From IMG/VR virus record IMGVR_UViG_3300006752_000008: a stretch of 33,597 nucleotides of DNA; one strand, given 5' to 3'. This DNA is from a virus. The translations under genes were made by a program, and so were the position numbers. This document shows positions 23,401 through 33,185 of the stretch, one piece after another (position 1 is the stretch's first letter; every line of letters begins with the position of its first letter). The notes beneath the pieces are model-generated. The model saw only the letters and a program-made list of their open reading frames with translations, ran no database searches and was not told the DNA's origin.

Positions 23401-24579
23401 TTTTCTAGGAGGCAAAGCATCTTTATCAATAACAAAAATTACACCATCTTTGTTATCAGATGGGTCGCGTGAATAGTTATCGCGTCTGTAGGTGTAGTTT
23501 CTAGCAACCTCAAATGTTTCTCCAAAAGAAACACCATTGCCCCTTTGAGCATCAAAGTCACCAACACTAGGACGCAACACAAGCTCACCACGTTTATTAA
23601 TAAAAGATTCCATCGTAGGCTTTGGAGACTCAGCATCAACTACACCTTTTTTATTAGATAGATTTGTGCCGTGATATACTTTAGTTGAACCTTCTTGTTC
23701 TGTTTTTAATGCAACATCGTCTAGTTTTTGTGGGGTTTTATTTAACCTAGCTTTAACTCTGTCTATTCTTTTTTGTATATCGTTAATAAACTTAGGCAAA
23801 GTTTTAGCTTCGACCTCTAACGTCTGCTCATCAACAGTTCCAAACTTTCTTTCTTCTGGCTTGCCTAACTTAGCCGCATCATCTTGAGTCACAGTCTTTG
23901 TGACCTCAATCATTTCTTCGATGTCTTTAGTAGTTTGTAATTCAACTTTAGCTTTTCTTGCGGCTGGTATAGAAACCAAACCACCTATCAAACCACCAGT
24001 TACAAAAGCCGCGCCAACATTTAAAGCAGATTCTTCAACAGTAGCTAACGGATCAAAAGGATATTTGATAGCCTCTTGACCAGCTTGCAATGTGGCAACA
24101 CCTACACCAGTACGCAATGCGCCTCTTGTCATTACCCCTGCCGCAGTTGCTCTTGCCCCTGCCGCAAAAATACCAGCACCACCAAAAGGCAATGCTAATA
24201 AATTAATAGGGTCAAAGACCCCAGCTACTACATTCTGAACAAAACCAGCGTCAGCCATAATTTTTCTTCTGTCAGAAGATTCTCTAATTTGACGCTTAAG
24301 AGATTCCATGTGGTCAGAATTACGAGCCTCAATCAAAGTACTGGCAAATTGTTCATACCCTTCCATGTTGTTAATAGGGTCAAAGTCTTTATCGAATCTA
24401 TTGCCATAACGCACCTTATCGCCAACATACTCAATAATAGGGTCATAGGTATAACCAAGATTCGCACCAACAACATCTAAGAAACCAGTCTGAGAAGTGC
24501 TTACATCTGTCTCAACATCAGCTTTGAGAGGGCTTTGATTAAAACCAAATGGGTCTACGACTAACGCATTGTTGCTCAT
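20401..24579 (-). CDS. Large internal virion/ejection protein (T7 gp16 position), 1392 aa
   Basis: Size and position. Has a Gly/Ala-rich hydrophobic N-terminal region (res ~115-205), long coiled coils, and a discrete globular insert at res ~297-422. Confidence 0.85.
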   Translation of the reverse strand: MSNNALVVDPFGFNQSPLKADVETDVSTSQTGFLDVVGANLGYTYDPIIEYVGDKVRYGNRFDKDFDPINNMEGYEQFASTLIEARNSDHMESLKRQIRESSDRRKIMADAGFVQNVVAGVFDPINLLALPFGGAGIFAAGARATAAGVMTRGALRTGVGVATLQAGQEAIKYPFDPLATVEESALNVGAAFVTGGLIGGLVSIPAARKAKVELQTTKDIEEMIEVTKTVTQDDAAKLGKPEERKFGTVDEQTLEVEAKTLPKFINDIQKRIDRVKARLNKTPQKLDDVALKTEQEGSTKVYHGTNLSNKKGVVDAESPKPTMESFINKRGELVLRPSVGDFDAQRGNGVSFGETFEVARNYTYRRDNYSRDPSDNKDGVIFVIDKDALPPRKEEAMGESVVYTDADIIIPKGKYEVLTKKDFDRTGKQTPIKQQDLDNLEKAKARAEADLIDLKQEKIFRRMESVRNFEQAIDDPYRLADSWFTNSWIYNNLVPTPMKATLQGNIPTTIKKKFVDAFGDNAQYMNLNKIGLTNGHSAYVMAKVREGEYVQVMDALISNFARLSKKGNGTIADFAGIKTPIGRIADTRPRGFDDFAKEDNRKYIMGEKGATDLENESIQVLRDFYKKWGERLEDVGLIGTRKFFENSKIFKERRLAEAVKIRDELRAKEGKNTDYINNQISKKVKIVQKLIDEEQVKGLTVNQLNLLKKLTKEINEFKTGKKSKTLTPRQRAYLVALEERTYRYTKEIDELTTTLDGLTDVSRLAPDAEDMFPRYWDRDAIIANKEKFTQILQNWYERNPKIVSRDKQGKYQETDMSPNPRDIRKRAEDTVDKILGLDDLTAEPVSFFGMGKSKHFKHRELDIPNSLVFDFIQNDPIVVMKAYTNRVAPRYEYAKKFNSKSLDEVLEDIEDEMMAAGKSTNEINAVRKDFIIMYDRVVGTVFREPDTWSNKLATVMRDAAQLNYLGSAGFSTLPDMAKIVMEHELGTIMKVLTDVIGDQRVRMNAYEGRIAGEIMDIINGSSHMRVTEELSNDVFSKNFYDKTADEAKNVFYMLNLLAPFTRVFKQMDSMCRAHTIVDMALRRADPNGKLSDLDLGYMSRYNIGSDQAKQIKQLVDMNIIENSRPDGSGVWLLNTEKWPTDAVFTQLRDDVRGSLNSGIMNTILMGTPADKPVLVDGIFHIPMRIAGKLGMKEDPKVRGYARIENGLMGMPFQFMSYSFAAANKITAAYAQGQVRNRFTAMALSVGLGYMSLSIKYNQPFNSEGSQRYWEQMSWQDKLGRSIDQSGLLALFTDQLYTAMSTSAALGGPDLGMGIINPKVTPEEGDYGSVATGYGGAGVSIADDLVRNGLMEFMSGNFGEGSKNILENLPFMRLWFLKGMVSATGDAMSRSRF

Positions 24580-27500
24580 AGGTTTCCTCTGCGCCTGTTA
24601 TTCAAATCTATTTCGTCTTGAGTTAAATAATCTTCTGCGCGAACTGGTTCTAAACTATTTCTTAAATCTCTTTGAGGGCGAACCATAAGAGGGTTAGCAG
24701 TTTTATTGCCTTGGTCATCCTCTGTCATGCGGAACAAAGGTACTAATTTGTTTTTAACAATTCCCATAACGCGATACATAACTTGATTGTTAGAATATCT
24801 AATAGGAACAAGAACAGCTTTTCTATCTACTCCATCATCAGAAGTGGCTAACTCTCTTTCTTTAGCTATAGCTTCTGCTTTTCGAGTTTGCCTCATTAAC
24901 ATTGTACTTTGAGGGTTTACAAAAAATGCCGCGCCTTCTCCTATGTCTTGGAAGAAAGTGCTTTCTGCCCTTTGATTGTACTCAACATCTTTTGACAAAA
25001 GAAAAGTACCAGACTCGCCACTAGCGGTAAACACTGTGCCAGTACCTAGAAGTTGGTCAACACTATCTACAAAACCTTCTACATTAGCTTCACCGACAGT
25101 AGCTCTCAAAGAAGCCCTAGACCTATTGCCGTAGCCAGATGAATAATCAACAACAAACCCTTCAGTCGGTAAGAATTGACTGTTGTAAAAATCATCTAGT
25201 TTTTTATCTAATGTGTGAAACGTCATGCCGTTTTCAATCATTGTCTCGGCATAAGGCAAAAGCTGAGTCACAACATTTAAGTTGCCCTCAAAGTTATCTA
25301 TTAAATAATCTTTTACACTGTAGCTTTCGTTGTCTTCCTTATCTAAAGCTTCCTTCATATTCTTTTGGAATACAGTTTTGTTTAAGTCTTTCGCCACATC
25401 ATCGACTTCATTGACTCTTGTAATAGCACTAGCCGCGTCAATGTTTTCCACATCCATTATTGATAAGACAGTATCTAATTTAGCCATTGTCTTTGAATCT
25501 ATAGCTGTGCCACCTTCAGCTATAGCTAAATGATTAATGCTATAACCAGTCATGCTAGAAACTGCGTTTCGATTGTTAGCGTAATGTTGCATTGCTACAT
25601 TAGCTTGCCCTGCTGATAACTGACCATTAGCAAGTTTGTTTATAGTATTAGAAAAAACTTCTGGAATTGCGTGAAGATTTCTTATCTGACGATAAACTTC
25701 CTTTGTGCCTGTTGGCATATTTTCACTAGGCAAATTATCTTCTTTAGTGAAATAATTAATATCATTGTCAGTTGCATTACTAGCTTTTTGATTGATGTAA
25801 GTCTTTTGATCGCCAACAGTTGACCCATATGAAGTGCTTCCAAATGCACCATTCTCAACAACTTGACCAGCGTTTTGACCACGCAATAAATCAGCGTCTT
25901 GGTTTTCTTCACTCTTTAAAGTGCTTATTGTTGCTTTAATATCATTAGCAACACCCTGCAAAGCATTAGGGGATTTCTTGTTTGCCATCTCTAGCATAAT
26001 TGAAAGCTGTTCTCTGTGTGACTCTGGCACACCAGACATATTGCCGCCGCTAGTTTTGATTGCCATATGTATGCCTCGAAGTGAACGGCTGTTTAATTCA
26101 ACAACCTCTCCTTCAGCATTTTTCATAACGCTACTACCATTACGCAAACCATCTATAAAGCCGCCAAAAGTAGAATCAATTACATTAGTTAAAGCAGTTA
26201 CCCTAACTGTTGAAGTAATTTTTTTATTATCTGGGTCAATGTTATCAACATAATCAAAACCTTTTTGCAAAGTATCTGCAAAGTAAGTAGTGCTTCCGTT
26301 GTTATTTGTTGCAGAACCTTTAGCGCGAATATTACCACTGTTTATTTCTTCAGCCGCGCCAGTAAGAACATCTAAAGAAGCTTGAGATGCGGCGGAGGCA
26401 TCTTCTTCAGCTTTAATTCTTTCAGCTTCAGCACTAAATTTAGAAGCATCAACTCCTTTAGAATTAAACCAAGAACTAAAGGCTTGCTCATCAGTGCCTC
26501 TAATATACATCTTATGTTTAAGCAAAGAGTCTAAGCTTGGTTTGATTCCGTTAATAAATTCTTCTTTGCCATTAACAATCTTTCCTTGATTAAGATAAGT
26601 CTCTACAGCAATTAAATCAGTTTGATCCATATTAGTAATGTCAGGCAAAATCTGATTAAGAAATTGCGAAGTCTTAATCCTACGACTGCCATCTAATTTA
26701 GTTTTAGATTCATCAATCTCTCTGTTTCCATACAGAGCATTTGCTACTTTTTGCCTATCGTCTAATTGCTTTCTTGCTTGGACAACAGAATCTACATTGA
26801 ACGCACCAACTAAATCATCGCTATTTTCATAATCATCAGACCAAATGTTAGCACTAAGATTGTTAGAAGGGATGCTGTTGATTCTATTCTTTTCTTTTAC
26901 GGCATCATCAGCAGTCTTTAGTATGCTTTCAGAAGAACCGTTTTGATTAAAGTAAGTAGTAAAAGCCCCCATATCTTTATCGGGTTTATATCCTTGGCTA
27001 TCAATAATAGCTTGAATTGCGGCTTTTTGATTGTCGTTCATCCATGCTGGAAATTCTTTTTTAGATACAAGAGCCTGTTTAACATTAACCCATTTAGCGG
27101 CAGACATATCTTTACCAAATACTTTGGTCAACAACTCCATAGAGTTTAGCTGTCTGTAAGCATCTAATTCATCAACGTCTGATTCTTTAATCTGCCTTTC
27201 TTGTGCCATACCAGTTCTTTTCGCCCTCTCTGCTGAAAGGACTTCTTGGTTGGCAATAAAGGTTTCAATGGGATTGTTAGCATTTCGCAACGATGGCAAG
27301 TTTGTTGACAGAAAGTTTTCAGTAAACTTGTTCATACTAGGAACGTGAATTGTGCTGTAGTTCTCTGTCTTTGCTATAGACTCTTGTTGCAACTGCTCAG
27401 TTTGAATTGCATTTTTATCTGAGATGTAACTGTCAAGCCAAGTAGTTAGCTCTTTAGTATCTGTGCCAACAACAAACTTTGAGTTCCGATTAGATGAACC

Positions 27501-28412
27501 GCTTTTCAAAACTTGTGTAACAGCCGCTTGCAACTCAGCAGTTTGAGTTTCATTTTGGCCTTCAATTTTTGAAGTAGTAACTCCATTAGAGTTAATGGCA
27601 GATTTAATCTGCCTCATAGTTACTATGCCCAAGTCATTAAAGTTTGGAATCTTTGATAAGAAAATAGATTTTTGTCTAGTGTGTCTTAAAGACTGCAATT
27701 CATTTTCGTATGCTTCGCCAACTAGAAGATTGGAATCACGCGCATCTTCTATCAAACCAAGCTGAGATTCAAACATTTCGTTGATCTCATTTGGCTTTGC
27801 ACCAGCAAAAGCAGAGTCGAGTATGTCACCATTTTGCGATTGAAGTATTTTTAGAACGTCTGTTCTATCTTCGTCTAACTGTCTAGCTACACGCTTTTCT
27901 TCTAGGTTAAGACCAGTAGAAGCTAAGTATTCAGAGCCAACAGATTCAATGTACCCCTTATATTTTCCAATAGCCAAGCCATGCATATTGTCAATATAAT
28001 CGCCAAAGGTAGTCTTAAATTCTTCAACACCTTTGTCACTGCCTTGATATTTCAAAGCAAGAGTAGCCGCTTTCGTTTTTATTTCTTGGTTAATTGATTC
28101 TTGGAAACGCTTATCAATAACAGATTCGTAAGCGTCTTGAGCGATAGAACCGAAACCAGTAGGTAATAAAGACATCGCCTCTGGCTTGCCTGTCTCTGGA
28201 TTGATGGTTCTTATCTGTTCTCGCTCTAATTGTTCAGCAACCTCTATACCCTTCTTACGAGCCTCTACAGCCGCCATCTTGTAAGCTTGGTTAGTTAGCT
28301 GGTTAGCAGACTCATAAGCCCCTCTCCACGCTTGTACGGCGGCGGTAGGCGCACGAACAACGCCTATGCTAGTATTCCGAAACGATACTCTTTCTTTAAT
28401 TACACCAGCCAT
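24576..28412 (-). CDS. Large internal virion protein (T7 gp15 position), 1278 aa
   Basis: Size, position, and 4-nt coupling to the next gene. No enzymatic motif recognised. Confidence 0.85.
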   Translation of the reverse strand: MAGVIKERVSFRNTSIGVVRAPTAAVQAWRGAYESANQLTNQAYKMAAVEARKKGIEVAEQLEREQIRTINPETGKPEAMSLLPTGFGSIAQDAYESVIDKRFQESINQEIKTKAATLALKYQGSDKGVEEFKTTFGDYIDNMHGLAIGKYKGYIESVGSEYLASTGLNLEEKRVARQLDEDRTDVLKILQSQNGDILDSAFAGAKPNEINEMFESQLGLIEDARDSNLLVGEAYENELQSLRHTRQKSIFLSKIPNFNDLGIVTMRQIKSAINSNGVTTSKIEGQNETQTAELQAAVTQVLKSGSSNRNSKFVVGTDTKELTTWLDSYISDKNAIQTEQLQQESIAKTENYSTIHVPSMNKFTENFLSTNLPSLRNANNPIETFIANQEVLSAERAKRTGMAQERQIKESDVDELDAYRQLNSMELLTKVFGKDMSAAKWVNVKQALVSKKEFPAWMNDNQKAAIQAIIDSQGYKPDKDMGAFTTYFNQNGSSESILKTADDAVKEKNRINSIPSNNLSANIWSDDYENSDDLVGAFNVDSVVQARKQLDDRQKVANALYGNREIDESKTKLDGSRRIKTSQFLNQILPDITNMDQTDLIAVETYLNQGKIVNGKEEFINGIKPSLDSLLKHKMYIRGTDEQAFSSWFNSKGVDASKFSAEAERIKAEEDASAASQASLDVLTGAAEEINSGNIRAKGSATNNNGSTTYFADTLQKGFDYVDNIDPDNKKITSTVRVTALTNVIDSTFGGFIDGLRNGSSVMKNAEGEVVELNSRSLRGIHMAIKTSGGNMSGVPESHREQLSIMLEMANKKSPNALQGVANDIKATISTLKSEENQDADLLRGQNAGQVVENGAFGSTSYGSTVGDQKTYINQKASNATDNDINYFTKEDNLPSENMPTGTKEVYRQIRNLHAIPEVFSNTINKLANGQLSAGQANVAMQHYANNRNAVSSMTGYSINHLAIAEGGTAIDSKTMAKLDTVLSIMDVENIDAASAITRVNEVDDVAKDLNKTVFQKNMKEALDKEDNESYSVKDYLIDNFEGNLNVVTQLLPYAETMIENGMTFHTLDKKLDDFYNSQFLPTEGFVVDYSSGYGNRSRASLRATVGEANVEGFVDSVDQLLGTGTVFTASGESGTFLLSKDVEYNQRAESTFFQDIGEGAAFFVNPQSTMLMRQTRKAEAIAKERELATSDDGVDRKAVLVPIRYSNNQVMYRVMGIVKNKLVPLFRMTEDDQGNKTANPLMVRPQRDLRNSLEPVRAEDYLTQDEIDLNNRRRGNL

Positions 28413-28867
28413 TACGCTATCGCCATAGTTTCGTACATCTTGCCCATGCCTCCTACAAGAGACATCATAGCTTTATTTCTAGCACTCTTAGCTTGCACAG
28501 CACCTTCGTATCTAGCAACTTTCCCAGATAACTCTAAGCTTTCACTTTTCATAAATCCTTGGAAACTAATACGACTAGCATCTCTGAAAGCTGTTTCTTT
28601 TTGTTTATCTAAGAAAGCTTGAAAAGATGAATCTGATGTATCCCTGCCAAGGAAAGAACGGAACGCTTCATTAGTAGCAGTGGCAGAATCAAATTGATTT
28701 ATTCTATCAACATGCATCTGCTCTGATTCAATCATAGAATTAATCTGCTCTTGCTGATATTGCTGTTCTTTGAACTTGCCCATATCATTAGCGGCACTGC
28801 CCTCTTGCATTGCAGAGTAAACAGAAATACCTGTGCCAATAGCTTGCATTGCCATCATAAAACTCAT
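28412..28867 (-). CDS. Internal virion protein (T7 gp13/14 position), 151 aa
   Basis: Track ORF. Has a hydrophobic N-terminus (MSFMMAMQAIGTGISVYSAM) and is coupled to genes on both sides. Confidence 0.75.
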   Translation of the reverse strand: MSFMMAMQAIGTGISVYSAMQEGSAANDMGKFKEQQYQQEQINSMIESEQMHVDRINQFDSATATNEAFRSFLGRDTSDSSFQAFLDKQKETAFRDASRISFQGFMKSESLELSGKVARYEGAVQAKSARNKAMMSLVGGMGKMYETMAIA

Positions 28868-31374
28868 TAGAACGATACCTCCGCAATTAGTCCATTAACC
28901 TCTAGCTTTAATGGATAGTTTTGTGAAATTTTAATTGAAGGGTCTTTATCATAACCCAAGAACCTAAATTCTTTTTTACCAGTAGCGGCTGTTCTTTCAT
29001 TGCTAAAGTCATCAGTCACTTGCCTGAGTATAAGACTGTCGTTGTTTATTTTAATTGAATATGTATCAAGCACATCAACAACAACTTTATAAATACTTCT
29101 CGGTTGTCCTGTTAGTGGACCACCTTGGATAATGCCATCAATAGGCATTGTCTCTGCATTTACATTAAATTTGTATCCTACTTCTACATTTGTTAATGCG
29201 TTATTTATTTTTGTTAAATCAAGAATCGCACCAGTTGCAGACACAGTAACACTAGAACTAGCAATAGTTGTGGTCACGCCTCCGAATGAAGCCTCTGCAT
29301 ATATGTTTGCATTGTCACCTTGCAAAGAATCAAAAGTAATTGTGAACGTACTATTGCCGCCGCCAACAGAAACCTCAACTGGCTGTTCGGTAAATGCCGT
29401 TCCGTTACCTTTATAAAATGTAACAACAGACAAAGATGTAGCTGTAATCTGTGCTGTAGCGGCTGGGTCTTTAACCATTACATTCCCATAGTAATCCGAT
29501 CCTTCAACAACATCTACCATAGAGCCATCAACAAAGTAATCTGAAACATCAAACACACCAGCAGTGCCAGTGTATGAGTTAGAGAAGTCTAAGTTGAACG
29601 TAGGCTCGAACTCAAGGAGATAGAACCTATCAACGCCATCACCTTTATCAAATACCATAACAACAAACACTCTATCATCAATAGTGACCACAGAATGAAA
29701 CTTGCCTGTCGATGTAAACTCTGTCCAACCAGCGCGTTTCTCGCCTCGGTTAGAAGCAAACAAAGCCATAGTGCCATCTAAGTTTACTGCAAACATAAAT
29801 GTCTCTGGCCTGTTTAAAGCACCATTCAATACAGACATTTGAATAGGAGATTTAATGAGGTGAGGCGACAACGTAGAAACTGCGGAACTAACATATGCCG
29901 CCTCTGCGTCAGAGAATAGATATTCCCTAACGACTGAGCCGTTCTTTTGAATATAGATAGTCGCGCCATCATAAGATAATGGTCGAACAAAACTAGAGCC
30001 AAAAGGTGTCTGTCTTTTAATCTGAGCGTTTGTTGCAGTAATAGGTTCGTTCAATAGTGACGGAATATAAAACTCAGATGTTGAAGTGAATATCTGCAAA
30101 TCACGGTTTGAAACAATATGGCGTATTGCGTTAATCTCACCAATACTTGCAGTTAAGTCTAACGCATCATTATCTTCAGCATCGCCAACATCGAAGTTAA
30201 AGTATTCGCTAGAGCGACTAGCCCATATACCATCAGGCTGTCCGACAGTACCACCAAACCACAATCTATTCTCATGGAAGGTAACTGCCGCAGGAAAGCC
30301 ACGATAAGAACTATATGATTGTTCTTTCCAGTTAATAGTGGGTGCATGAGTTGTTATTCTTGGCGCACCACCACCGTCTACAGAAGCGTTAGCATTTGTT
30401 CCTGCGGTTATGAAGTAATGGTTTGCGTCAATAACTTCTTGCACGTTCCTAGTACCGTTAATATTACCAGCAGTAATACCAGCAATAGAACCAGCCCTAG
30501 ATATCTCTATTGTGTCGCCAACTTTTAAACCATGCTCAATATGAGTAACTTCAAGATCGGCAGTGCCATCAACACTTCTAAAAGCGTCAATGTCTAAATC
30601 AATTTGGATTGTTCCAAATATATCACCAGTAGCTTGAGTTGCGCTTTGCACACTCTTAATCTCTATTTCAGTCTTGGCGTATTTTAAAACAACACCAATA
30701 TGTTTTGAGTCTGGATAGTTGCCGCCAGTTTGCGTACCAGTTGTGTCAAAGTAATTAGAGCTTGTTGTTAGCGTAACCCCTGCGCCACTAGATGCTGATG
30801 GGTCAAGAGTAACGCCAGTTTCTTGAAAGCTATAGTATGGCTGGAAAGTTGTGTTGCCATCAGAGCTTGTCTCAAAGAGAAAAGAGCTAACCTCAAAGTC
30901 AGTTAAGCTAGTTCTTCTAAGCTCTCTTGTCTGAAAACTGTTATGACTAATAAACATTACATCGCCTGATTGTGCGTATGTAACTTCGTGCAAGATGCTG
31001 TCAGTGAATGGTAGCGCATCACCGTCAACATCTTGCGTGACAGTAGATACCAAACTAACAGCACCAGTAACAGGGCTTATTTGAAAACATCTAATCTTAG
31101 CGTTTTCTAAAGAAACTATATATCTCTCATCGTCAGAGAATATAAACGGCACAAGTCTATGTTGCTGAACCTTGTTGTTTAAATCAGGGACAGTATCAAA
31201 TTCATATATAGATTTTGTGCCAAATCTTTTTAGGATGCCGCCTTCGTTTTTGATAAAGAAGTTCTCTAATCTTTGCGCGGCATTGATATAAACATTAGTG
31301 TCAGTTCTAGTGATAAGTGAAGGACTGACTTCGCCAAATTGAAAGTTGCTAAGTGGTACTCTTATTCTAGGCAT
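28867..31374 (-). CDS. Tail tubular protein B / nozzle (T7 gp12-like), 835 aa
   Basis: Size and position after the gp11-like gene. The N-terminal pattern FGEVSPSLITRTD...RLENFFIKNEGGILKRFG is typical of podovirus tail tube B proteins. Confidence 0.8.
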   Translation of the reverse strand: MPRIRVPLSNFQFGEVSPSLITRTDTNVYINAAQRLENFFIKNEGGILKRFGTKSIYEFDTVPDLNNKVQQHRLVPFIFSDDERYIVSLENAKIRCFQISPVTGAVSLVSTVTQDVDGDALPFTDSILHEVTYAQSGDVMFISHNSFQTRELRRTSLTDFEVSSFLFETSSDGNTTFQPYYSFQETGVTLDPSASSGAGVTLTTSSNYFDTTGTQTGGNYPDSKHIGVVLKYAKTEIEIKSVQSATQATGDIFGTIQIDLDIDAFRSVDGTADLEVTHIEHGLKVGDTIEISRAGSIAGITAGNINGTRNVQEVIDANHYFITAGTNANASVDGGGAPRITTHAPTINWKEQSYSSYRGFPAAVTFHENRLWFGGTVGQPDGIWASRSSEYFNFDVGDAEDNDALDLTASIGEINAIRHIVSNRDLQIFTSTSEFYIPSLLNEPITATNAQIKRQTPFGSSFVRPLSYDGATIYIQKNGSVVREYLFSDAEAAYVSSAVSTLSPHLIKSPIQMSVLNGALNRPETFMFAVNLDGTMALFASNRGEKRAGWTEFTSTGKFHSVVTIDDRVFVVMVFDKGDGVDRFYLLEFEPTFNLDFSNSYTGTAGVFDVSDYFVDGSMVDVVEGSDYYGNVMVKDPAATAQITATSLSVVTFYKGNGTAFTEQPVEVSVGGGNSTFTITFDSLQGDNANIYAEASFGGVTTTIASSSVTVSATGAILDLTKINNALTNVEVGYKFNVNAETMPIDGIIQGGPLTGQPRSIYKVVVDVLDTYSIKINNDSLILRQVTDDFSNERTAATGKKEFRFLGYDKDPSIKISQNYPLKLEVNGLIAEVSF

Positions 31375-31967
31375 TAGCTACGCCTTTCAGCAATAAACCT
31401 TGAGGTAGTCAACTTCCTTGTTGTCTGTTGCTGTGAGTCAAGATTCCTAGCTTTGATCATAGCCTTATCAGCTAAGTTCTGCATAAGGGTAGCCATAGAA
31501 GAATCTCTAGCTAATGAAGTCGCAAACACAATGGCGATAGAATATTCAACAGCAAGAGTGAAATATGAAGGCCAACGAGATTCGTCTGGTCTATAGGTAT
31601 AGTCAGCTATAACTGTGTTAGTTGTGCTGGTATCACTAAAGACTTTATCACCATAGATAGCATACTCTATAGGCGAATCATTTACAGTGACCGCGTGTAT
31701 CATTAAAGAATCAGTAGGTATCTGATGCGCGGCTGACCATCTGCCAGTAGGCGTGGCAGTAAGAAGGTTAAGAGCTTGCTGATTGGTAGCAAACCGCCAC
31801 CTTGTATTTGTAAGAGCATTGCGAACAATGTCTTCATACATATTAACAGCAACAGTAGACTCAGTTGTTCCGTCACCAAAAGAAGTAATTGGCTGTGCGC
31901 CAATCAAGATTAACGCTCTCGAACAAATGTCTACGCCAGAGTTGGCGGTGGTGCTAGTTGTTGCCAT
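31374..31967 (-). CDS. Tail tubular protein A / adaptor-gatekeeper (T7 gp11-like), 197 aa
   Basis: ICSRALILIGAQPITSFGDGTTESTVAVNMYEDIVRNALTNTRWRFA parallels T7 gp11 (VNDILASIGEPPVSTLEGD...RILNKINRQIQSRGWTFN). The size matches as well (196 aa in T7). Confidence 0.8.
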   Translation of the reverse strand: MATTSTTANSGVDICSRALILIGAQPITSFGDGTTESTVAVNMYEDIVRNALTNTRWRFATNQQALNLLTATPTGRWSAAHQIPTDSLMIHAVTVNDSPIEYAIYGDKVFSDTSTTNTVIADYTYRPDESRWPSYFTLAVEYSIAIVFATSLARDSSMATLMQNLADKAMIKARNLDSQQQTTRKLTTSRFIAERRS

Positions 31968-31976
31968 GATAGGTTA

Positions 31977-32008
31977 GGGAGGGGTAAGTTAATACCTTGA
32001 CCCCTCCC
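31977..32008 (-). other. Perfect 9-bp stem-loop after the capsid/decoration genes (attenuator or stabiliser candidate)
   Basis: GGGAGGGGT-(14 nt)-ACCCCTCCC in the 47-nt gap. No clear U-tract. Confidence 0.6.
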
Positions 32009-32014
32009 AATCCT

Positions 32015-32278
32015 TTAGTCAGCGTCAGCGACACTGATAGCAGTGCCGTCTGAAACGTCAACGATACCAGCCGCATTAGACAGAACAGTTACAATATTCA
32101 CTGTAGGTGTTGCTGTGTCATACACGAACATAACGTCGCCAACATTAACCATGGTCGATGCGTCATTGAAGTAACCTTCAGTGTTCACATCAGCGATAGC
32201 GTCAGCAGAAGCGTACATCCAAACATTGTAGCCGCCCCCACCTGCCATACGAGTAAGACCAGAAGATGCATAAGCCAT
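32015..32278 (-). CDS. Small protein after the capsid gene (possible head decoration/cement protein), 87 aa
   Basis: Track ORF with SD aagaggagacttttaaATG. The functional call rests on position only. Confidence 0.75.
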   Translation of the reverse strand: MAYASSGLTRMAGGGGYNVWMYASADAIADVNTEGYFNDASTMVNVGDVMFVYDTATPTVNIVTVLSNAAGIVDVSDGTAISVADAD

Positions 32279-32292
32279 TTAAAAGTCTCCTC

Positions 32293-33105
32293 TTAGTTAT
32301 CGTCTAGGACTTCATAGATGCCATTGTCATCAATGACAACAGAACCCATAGACATCATAGATGTTGCAAGGTGTGCCACACGCTCTGGAACATAGTTCAG
32401 TTCGGTGGTCACATCAGCGCCAATACCCAAACCAACAGAAGAAGTATGATAAGCAATGTTCTTCCCTGCGGTAATCGCAGATGTTGAAAAGATATTGAAG
32501 CCCAAGAATTGCTTCATGGTCATACCACCAGCATACGGAAGGTTTTGTTCCCCAACGTAATCTGATGAAGCAAATTCATTGATGTTAAACAAATCAGCGA
32601 ATCCTGCTGGGTGCATCGCTAGATAACGCCCACCGTCCTCTGGAATGTTTCCTGCGCCAAATGTTTCAAACAGTGTCAACAGATTGGCTTTAGAAACAGC
32701 CGCACCAGTTGTACCAATTTGAGTAGCATTTGCACCAGCATCCATTGCAGTCACAAGAATTTCATCTGTCTTACGACCCAATGCAGCCGCCGCAGATTTT
32801 GCTACAGCTTGGCGTTCATCAATGTTGGTCTTGAGTTCATCCAATTTGTCGATGTACTCAGCCGCATAATAGTCAGCCATAGTCGCTTCGACATTGGTGT
32901 GATCCAATTCCATCGGTGTTACCATACCATTTCGTGATTTGGTAGAAGCAGAGCCAGTTCCGATTTTCTGGAAACGAACTGTGTTGCCGCGAACATTCGC
33001 AACAGTACGCACAGTATTCCGTAACTTTGAACCCATACGCTGATAAGCCATATGGACTTCGGACTCGAACTGCTTAATAAAGGCTTGGTCAATAGTATTA
33101 GCCAT
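32293..33105 (-). CDS. Major capsid protein (270 aa)
   Basis: Position after the scaffold and a strong SD (ttaggagctagtaATG). The N-terminus FIKQFESEVHMAYQRMGSKLRNTVR resembles podovirus capsid proteins (recollection). Small for an HK97-fold protein. Confidence 0.8.
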   Translation of the reverse strand: MANTIDQAFIKQFESEVHMAYQRMGSKLRNTVRTVANVRGNTVRFQKIGTGSASTKSRNGMVTPMELDHTNVEATMADYYAAEYIDKLDELKTNIDERQAVAKSAAAALGRKTDEILVTAMDAGANATQIGTTGAAVSKANLLTLFETFGAGNIPEDGGRYLAMHPAGFADLFNINEFASSDYVGEQNLPYAGGMTMKQFLGFNIFSTSAITAGKNIAYHTSSVGLGIGADVTTELNYVPERVAHLATSMMSMGSVVIDDNGIYEVLDDN

Positions 33106-33185
33106 TACTAGCTCCTAAGTTAGAGTTTACAGTTGTATCGGTTGTCTGCTTTCTCTACTTCGGCACGATTGTCCTTGCGGGTCGC

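Noticed and set aside
20401-28412. Numerous + strand and alternative-frame ORFs inside the two giant genes (for example 21047..21427, 25921..26253, 23275..23472)
   Set aside because: They are antisense shadows of long, continuous, coupled late genes. Their translations are low-complexity and Leu/Ser/Phe/Ile-rich.
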